A stretch of DNA of 61,076 bases, filler included, from Sphacelaria rigidula (lineage: Eukaryota), in the NCBI GenBank assembly GCA_964200075.2. It is 4 parts of 4 records of this genome, joined end to end, with 100 filler letters (N's around TTAATTAATTAA, not from the genome) between each part and the next. Parts side by side here need not be neighbours in the genome. Positions count along the whole stretch, not along the records: positions 45,886 to 61,076 come from CAXNAA020001871.1; 3 more parts are not named here. One strand, 5' to 3'. The position numbers were made by a program, and so were the translations under genes. How positions within the stretch are numbered: position 1 is the first letter of the stretch; each line of letters begins with the position of its first letter. Below are positions 53,601-61,076 of the stretch, piece by piece. A model generated the notes under the pieces. The model ran no database searches. It was given only the letters and a program-made list of their open reading frames with translations, and had not been told where the DNA came from.

Positions 53601-56600
53601 AAATCAACCCGTGAGCATCAAATACAGCCTTATGTACCCCGAGAGGAAATTGCAGTACCGGGATGTCCAAGCAAATTTTCTCGAGCAGCGGGCCACAGAG
53701 GGGCAAAATCTCCAGCGCCTGTGGGTGAAAAAAAAGGCCAAGAACCAAAACACCAAGTCGGGGGTGCGCTGGCGTGCATGAGCACGCCATGTGTGGGGAA
53801 AATCGCAGCCATCAATTTTCCCAGTGAGTTTTCATCAATCAGAGACCCGGCCGGGCACAACTTGTCTCAGGCTCTCGTACAATCGTAGGGGCCAAATTGT
53901 TTCGTGAACGCGCAAAAAACAAGTGGAAACCGTCCGCTTTCACGCCGGACTTTTGCAATGCTATAAGACCTTTCCGGTAACTAACAGATGCGGTGACACA
54001 CTCGACGCATGTGTGAACCTGTTCGAGTTCTATGAAACGGACAAAAGCTCATTGAATGAACGGACCTGTCCATGAAGCCGCAAGCAACCTTCTCGACTAC
54101 GCTACCATGGCGCCCCAACGCTGCCACTACGCTCTCATCCGTGGGGTACGTGACACGTGTCTCGACTTCATAGCCGCAAGGCAGCCTGCAATTTGGCAGC
54201 TTCGGAGTTGCGTCGCACACTCACCTGAGCGCTACCGTTTCCCAAGTCCAACCGCGGTGGGGTTGAGCCCTGTTGCCCAAGCCCACCACGCAACGCAGAC
54301 AGCGCGACCTTCCACACCAGCTCTGTATGCCGCCGCAAAACCAGTCCCACAACTACCGTCGCGTGATCCTTCAACGCAGAGCCACTACCTCCGTTGCCTC
54401 CAGGCGAGCTTCCGTGACCTGGTAATACGGATGCGTAAAAAAAAAATCGAGAACGGAACAACCAAAGCGCAGAAACACACAATCGGTCGCTAGAGTTACC
54501 CATCTCTGAGAACGTTGTTCCCACAATACCGGCACCACGCGCAGGACAACATCGTGAGCAACCGGCGTTGTCCATCCCTGACCCCTTGTACAATGATGAC
54601 AGTTATCTGACGCAGCCCTCTCACATGCCATCGGGGCCATACAGCGTGGCGGAGAAAATACCAGGTGAATTCCTCGTGCAGAGGTGCCGGTAACACGATC
54701 AAAACTTCACACTCTCCGAAAACTGTGGCGAGCGACACAGGTCAGCCGCAGTGTTTGACAGGCACACGTTCCAGCGCACGAATCGGACGAACACGTCCTC
54801 CTACCGACCTTTTCGATCGCCCGCGGCATCTGCGAGTCGAGGACCCCAATATCTGAAAGTGCAAACAGGCCAGCTCCGTGGCCACCACGTTCGCTCATAG
54901 CTGCCGTCTGCTCCTGTCGTCGTGGCATGACTATTCCAACGTCGACCGGCGCCAGCCCCTTCCTCTTGGCTTATGATCGATGTCGCCGTGTTCCAAGGCC
55001 AGCTGTCAGGGCCTATAACGGCTGCCCGAGAACTCATATCGTAACATACTTCGACGATGTCGAGAAGGGCTTTGGTAAGAGCTGTGCGGTGCGCAGCTCC
55101 ACTTCCGCCGCCCCGCCCCGCAACCCGCACCATCGAAACTCGAGAGAGTTCGTCCGCGAGGAATTTCAAGGCAGTGTCGCCCATCCCCATCCCGTCGGGG
55201 CAGCGTTCCTCCCTGTCTCCGCTCGTCGGAGTGGACTTGACGACCAAGGGCATGATTTCGAGAGCTTTCATTCGGACGGCGGGGTTCGAGGAGCCGCTTA
55301 ACGACGATGATCTTCCGAATATCGCACTGCTGTTGTTACCGCCGTTGCACTGGTGCACGAGGGCGGCGAGAACCTCTTGCGGGCGGAGGGCGCTACCGTC
55401 CCACAGTCGAGAACCAAGGAGTCGCAGAAGGGCAACTAGGCAGCCGCATACCTATTTCGGCGGATTAAAAAAAGCCAGAATACCGTAGATCAATGCGCGA
55501 GTGGTATACACCTCAAAAAATGCCGACCGACTCTGTGTATCTCAGACTTGATGAGATGCCGGGGAGTGAGACTCGGTGTGTGCTGGCAAGTATTTGTGCG
55601 ATCTATTTAAATAAGCCAACGAGTCGGATCACGCGGACGGCATATCCTGTGTTGCCTAGCGTGAGCAACGTGGGGCACGGATTGCCCGTGAGCTCAGAGG
55701 ATGCTCCTCTAGTACTCGTACAGCACAGCCACGGCAGGGGAAAACACACCAACAATTGACGTATCGTGTTGAACAGCAATCCCAGAATACGACACATCTG
55801 CGCAGAGCACTGCTTGTGCCACAAAACCGTACCATCGACAGCTGAAAAACAACAGAACAATCGGTGTGGCACTGCACACGCAACGCCCACCTGGAGGTAA
55901 AGCGGAACCCCGACCCCAATACCCGGGCCCTCGTCGATCTTTTGGAGAGTAAGATCGACCAGGGTCGGAAATCCAGCGGTCAACAGTGGAGCGGCACAGG
56001 GATCCAAGAGCTGGTGGGGGGCGAGAGAGCAAAGCGGAACATACAAGGGCGTGACGGCGGCTAGCTGATAACGGATGTCTTGCATTAACAATCAACACTA
56101 ACGTCGAAATCTCCAAACGTATGGCTATTCTTGACCAGTATAAAAGGCACAGCATACACATATAGGATTAACCATCATACATATTCATTTCAAGAGATAT
56201 TTCAAACATGTCAAAGCGCACCCTGTTCCACACCATGAGCTATACCATTGGTGCTCCGCGATTACCGGTGACTGGCTCGTCGGAAGGGGTACGTACGGGA
56301 GACACCAGCATAAGAAGGTACTCTACAGTAGCTGAACCTGAGCACCCGTGTCACCAGAGTATGACATAACATGCGTCTCACCTGCAGTGCCACGTGAAGG
56401 CCGCTCCAATGTAGCTTCTCGTTTTCGCTAGCGTATCCGCCACTGCTAGCACCGCCTGGGGCCGTTGTGATCAAGCCTTGCTGGAGAACAGGCACCCATC
56501 GATTTATCACGGGGCTGGTCGTATTGAAAAAAAAAAAGAGTACAGTGGAACGAAAAAAGAGGAGCGAGCGGGCGGCTTCGACAGTCATCCACAGCTAGAA

Positions 56601-59533
56601 ATCGTCGCAGCGAAGAGTTTTCAGTAGAGACGATGGGCTGGCAAGTTAGACGCTCAACCCAGCATGACGATGCCACATCGTGGGTGGTACACGGATAACC
56701 AACTACAACATTTCTCGCCAATGCCTACTCAGCACGCGGTGCTCGTGGTGTTGGTGAAGACAGATCAGGCCAATGAGACCATCGAGAACTTGCAAGGGCA
56801 GGTCGAGTAGAGTATGTACTTTTGAGTCCTCGAGTTTTTACTCTACTCATAGTTTGAGTAGGTCGAGTACGGCCTCAAATACACTTACTCAAATGTTTAG
56901 TAGATCGAGTACGGCCTCAAATACTCGACTCAAATATTGAGTAAGCACTCTCAGAAATACTTGAGTAAAGAGTATCACTTGGGTATGGCCTCAATACTCC
57001 ACTCGAATTTTGAGTAGGTCGATTACGGCCTCAAACGCTCTACTCAAATGTTGGGTAGATCGAGTACGGCCTCAAAATCTCTTCTGAATAGTTGAGTAAG
57101 TACTCTCAGTAATACTTGAGGGTAGAGTACCACTTGAGTATGGCCTCAAATCCTCTACTCAAATTTTGAGTAGGTCGAGTACGGCCTCAAATACTCTACT
57201 CAGATTTTGAGTAGATCGAGTACGACCTCCAATACTCTACTCAGATATCGAGTAAACCCTCTGGGTAACACTTGAGAATAGAGTATCACTTGAGCAATCA
57301 ATCAATCAATCAATGGTGAGTATCCGTGACCGTCGGCGACTTCGTGACGTCACTCCACAGACTATGTTGAATACATGGGCGAACAATGTCCATCGATTTG
57401 ATGGGTGGCGTTACGTTTCAGGCTACAAGGAGTATGAGCGAATGATGGCCAAAACAAAATCAAAGTACTCGTAGCGTGCAGGTGAATAAACAGTGAACCT
57501 ACCTGCCCCAGCGCCCCATCTTACCAGTCCCCACCCACGGCAATACATACTCGATACCTCGCAACGCCTTCGATATCACTTTCAGTACAAAGCGCTACTC
57601 ACCATCATTGAGTAATCGACTAGACGGGTAGTCGAGTAGGTATTATCAAAATGAGTGAATCTACTGGCCACGCATGTGATTCCTCCATTGGAGAGTCAGC
57701 GGTGGAAACAGTGCAAAACGCGGAAACATCGGAACAGTCGCCACCGGAAGGAACAGTAGAAGGCGCGGCGGGGTCAGGAGTGATAGACCCGAACCCAAAA
57801 GAGGCTCCGGCGGTCCGCGTTGTAGAGGCGGCCTCGGTGTACAAAACCAACGGAAATGTGTACACGGTGTCGAGGACGGCCCTAATACTCTACTCAAATT
57901 TTGAGTAGGTCGAGTACGGCCTTGAATACTCTACTCAAATTTAGGGTCCATCGAGTACGATCTTTAATACTCTACTCAAATATTGAGTAAGCACTCTCAG
58001 TGATACTCGAGTATAGAGTATCACTTGGGTATGACCTCAATATACTCTACTCGAATTCTGAGTAGGTTGAGTATGGCCTCAATATACTCTACTCAAATTA
58101 TGAGTAGGTTGAGTATGGCCTCAAATACTCTATTCAGATTTTGAGTAGATCGAGCACGATCTCAATTGTTGAGTAAGCACTCTCAGTAATACTCGAGTAT
58201 AGTATATCACTTGAGTATGGCCTCAATAATCTACTGTACAAATTAAATAGATGGAGTGCAGCCTCAAATACTCTACTCAAACTTCGAGTACTAAAAGTAT
58301 GACTCTTTGAAAATACTGAGTATGAATTATACTCTACTCGGCCTGCCCTTGAAAACTTACTCCAGCAACTCCACTCTACCGCATTACAACACGCCACGAC
58401 TCCGGGCGACATGCTCGTATTACCTCTACCGTCGGGTCAGTTCACCGTCCAGTGCCGTCTCGCCATCCCCACTCATATCTCAGCCTCATCGCGTGCAACG
58501 AAGCTAGCGACTCCACGCAGTTAGCACCGGGAATGTGATGTTAACTTCATCAAGTAAATCAACTTCCTAAGAGCTGGCAAGATTTCAACAATACCTCAGA
58601 CTTTTCAATGATCGTACGCGTACCTCAACAGCTCGCGATACACCTTCGCGCCGATCGTGCCCGCTCTCCTCACCATGAACTGTGCCCACTGTCGGGTGCT
58701 CGCATCCCTGTGAACCAAAAGCGTTAGCACGCCAGGGAAGTGCTGCTCCCACCCTTTTCCACAGAAGCACTCAGCGCCACAGCTAGTGATCTACAACCCG
58801 AGAGAGATGGAAGGGCGGGGTGAGCTTGGCGGAGTAAGGGGAGCCTCAAGGGCTTCACCGTAGTACGCGGGATTGATGGGGAGATTGGCAATTTTGAATA
58901 GCTCACATAATCGTCGGTTGAGCAAGTACGCGAAAAAAAGCAACCGTCCTCGCTCGGGGATACCGGTGCCGAAACCCACAACAGCTATCTATGACATCTC
59001 AGTAAACCCCCATAGTCGCTGGGTCACGCTGCAATGACGAAGCAATTCTTCGGCCCGCTACGCAATGGGTTGTACCGACCGCGACCATACCGGGGGCTGA
59101 GAGGCGAAGCGAGCACTACGTTTGCTTCCAGCAAAGGGCGCAATACGTTCACTTGACCACTGTAAACAAGATGACCGTGAATCGGTAAATTGAACAGATC
59201 GAACACGTATACACCGAGGACCATCACCTGTCGCAGAGCCGTCAAGAACGCCTCCTCCACCTCGCCGCATTCCAATATCTCCGCGTAAGAAAACACTTCC
59301 CAGAATGCGAGGGTGGCAACGGGCCCGAGGGCTAAAGGCGCAGCTTTTCTGCGTACCCCGACCGTCGCTCCCCGACTGCCAGAACCTGCGCCACCTGGGA
59401 TCTCATGTGACGTAGGCAGGGCCACCGCCGCATCTGCTGCCTCACTGGCAGAGGCGAAGGCGCGTTGGAGTCTGCGAGAATCTCTTTGGCGGAGGGCAGA
59501 TATGTAGCGCTCTACCTCAGCTGGTCTGTCCAC
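47603..59533 (-). CDS. SETX: Senataxin/Sen1-like RNA-DNA helicase gene: N-terminal helical domain and disordered linker (spliced, incomplete at both ends; helicase core not seen)
   Basis: Exon about 59533-59228 (DSRRLQRAF...LAFWEVFSYAEIL) splices in phase to 58790-58624 (...HFPGVLTLLVHRDASTRQWAQFMVRRAGTI), matching the senataxin PGxxxxLVHxxxxxRxWA motif. Further exons at about 56480-56382 (LHWSGLHVAL), 55450-54860, 54417-54224, 52760-52618, 51891-51657, 50633-50349 and 50104-50016, then a 2.1-kb exon 49736-47603 ending ...NLHRLVLSSW..., like the Sen1 pre-helicase LHxxILSW segment. Confidence 0.72.
48608..48800 (-). repeat. Coding 15-bp tandem repeat encoding (PEPE[R/K])n
   Basis: About 13 copies of TCCGGCTCAGGCNTT-type units. 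Translation is PEPERLEPKQLEPEKPAPERPEPEKPEPERPEPVRSEPERPEPERPEPKKPEPERPEPEMPEPE. Confidence 0.92.
51354..51523. mobile_element. ~170-bp fold-back MITE, same family as 12804-12975
   Basis: TACACCTTGCACAATGTATGGTCAATAG...GTACTGCATAAAGTATAGGCCTATTGC / GCAATAGGCCTATACTTTATGCAGTAC...CTATTGACCATGTATTGTCCAGGGTGTG. Confidence 0.8.
53055..53368. mobile_element. ~310-bp intronic TIR element
   Basis: TAGTTACCCTGCTTTGGGCTACAAATGTCCATGGTTGA ... TCAACCATAGACATTTGTAGCCCAACGCCGGTTAACTA, an imperfect ~38-bp TIR. Confidence 0.7.
56793..58351 (+). mobile_element. hAT-like internally deleted DNA transposon with 41-bp subterminal arrays
   Basis: 22-bp TIR CAAGGGCAGGTCGAGTAGAGTA / TACTCTACTCGGCCTGCCCTTG (1 mismatch) and degenerate 8-bp TSD AGAACTTG/AAAACTTA. 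Arrays of TACTCTACTCAAATTTTGAGTAGGTCGAGTACGGCCTCAAA lie at about 56840-57295 and 57885-58330. Confidence 0.82.
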
Positions 59534-59597
59534 CTCGGCCGGAGAAAATAAACAAAGGTGGGAAAAGAAGGGTTTGTCAAGACAAGGCCGACGACTA

Positions 59598-61076
59598 CGA
59601 GCTGGGCTGGCCTAGACGCGGATTTACGCTCTCAAAGCAACATTTCATCGACACAGAAAGCGTGAGAACGTGAGTAAACAAAGTAGTCGACTAGGTTTGT
59701 GTGACGTGAATTGACGCGGTGCGGGAGTGCTGGTCATTATCCAATCCGCGACACCAAAATGAAAGGCACGTACCGGGGGAGATATGGGTTGATCCCTCGA
59801 GACCACGGACTCATTCCGAGGAAGGGGAAGGGTCCAAAGTGAGAGGAAGAAAACAAAAAAGACGAGTTGGGCCGTGATCCGCACATCGTGCCAACCGTCT
59901 GATCAAGAGAGAGATGTCCATGTGCTCAAAACTCTGGGGCAATTGTTTCTCGTTGATTAAACCCCATGTCGAGTAATATCCCTATACCGTACGGAGATAG
60001 CATCCATACTAAAGTCAATATAAAATCCCGAGCGATAAATACAGCGGATGATGACGATTTTTGGTGTGGGCATTCCTTGGAGCACGGGGAGAGGATCGAT
60101 ACCGTCACCCTCGCCTGACTCGTCATCCATCTCGAGATATGGCGCGCATACGCTTCCATGCATATATTAGTATAGTACGAGCGGAGGTACTGAATGCACT
60201 AAATCTGGATATCGCGTCTCACTTTCTGAGGGTTGCGCGTTGAAATTTCGTAAAGAGAATCGCCAGCACACAATGAAGAAAAAGTAACAGCTTTTTTTTC
60301 GCGCTTTTTTTTTTCATTTTTTCAGGGGAGTTTTAAGGGAAAATAGGCAATGCTCTCAGACCTAATCTCAGTTTTTCAGCTCATTTTTATAAAAAATTGA
60401 TTTCACACTCATCATGGAGAATTGCAAGGGCATGCTGAAGAAAAAAAAAGCCCTCCATTTTTTTTTTCTTGAGAGACGTATGAGCGTTCTCGTGAAAATA
60501 TGGTATTTTATTCACTAAAATGTCGTCATCAAGTGAAGAAAAAAACACCATTTTTTTTTGTTTTGTTGATTAAGACCTAGGAAGGTCCCACACAAAATTG
60601 CATTTCACAAGTACCAAACCTGGGCCGGAAAGTAGCCTGCAAACCGGCCCGATTTTTCAAAGGTCCATTCGAAGTTTGATACGGAGAGTTGAACCCTAAA
60701 ACTTGGAGTGAATAATCAATAGGGCGTAATGGGAAAAGGTATGCATGGACGCAAAGATCATTCATGAGTTAAACGCAAAAATCAGGTTCCAGGTTTCAGA
60801 GTAATGCCATTCAATCATGAAGAAAAAAAAAATGAGCCCATGCATACTTCTTTCCATTACAAGCTGGGCCGGCCAAGACGCCATTTTTCAAGCAATATCG
60901 CCATGCCCCTCTCATTTTTTTGAGTTTGGACCTGAAATTTTGACACGTAATTTTGAGTACCCTTGCCCAGACATTGGAAGGAATTAGCAAAAAATAAAAT
61001 AAAAAATCCCATAGTTTTCGTCAAAAATGTGATCGTGAAATACGTTAAGGGGCCTGTAAGTCAGCAAGATTTTTTT
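59598..61076. mobile_element. Cluster of nested transposon fragments at the contig end
   Basis: TA|CGAGCTGGGCTGGCC at 59596 and TA|CAAGCTGGGCCGGCC at about 60859 (ends related to the 600-bp MITE TIR). The segment 59955-60105 is homologous to 42275-42420, a retroelement fragment lies at about 59670-59845, and the rest is A/T-run-rich. Confidence 0.6.

Noticed and set aside
56840-58330. CRISPR-like array (palindromic ~41-bp repeats)
   Set aside because: Units are contiguous with no unique spacers, lie within TIRs in a eukaryotic intron, and no cas genes are present.

Overview
Intron-rich eukaryotic DNA, most likely a brown alga (Phaeophyceae/Ectocarpus-like stramenopile). This is inferred from the long GT-AG introns, short exons, an ASAF-type bipartite plastid presequence and the MITE-rich introns. 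The window is not one locus. It is four contigs (1-15195, 15296-30490, 30591-45785, 45886-61076; lengths 15195/15195/15195/15191) joined by identical 100-bp artificial spacers (44N + TTAATTAATTAA + 44N). Contig 1 carries a 5'-incomplete type III phosphatidylinositol 4-kinase gene (- strand). Contig 2 carries a 5'-incomplete ATG16/WD40 gene (+), a complete 4-exon prefoldin subunit 5 gene (-) and the first exon of a divergent plastid-targeted protein (+). Contig 4 carries the N-terminal and linker part of a senataxin/Sen1-like gene (-). Contig 3 has no recognisable host gene. It is a mosaic of nested repeats and decayed ORFs, including a fragment whose motif order and Cys/His spacing resemble a herpesvirus/mirusvirus-type (Duplodnaviria) terminase ATPase. 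That is the most interesting signal, but it is unverified. Non-autonomous DNA transposons of several superfamilies are visible from their TIRs/TSDs (TA-TSD mariner-like, TTAA piggyBac-like, TTAA Kolobok-like, 8-bp-TSD hAT-like). Two of these families carry tRNA-like B-boxes. Two GC-AG introns are required by the gene models. All calls are from reading the sequence by eye; no searches were run.
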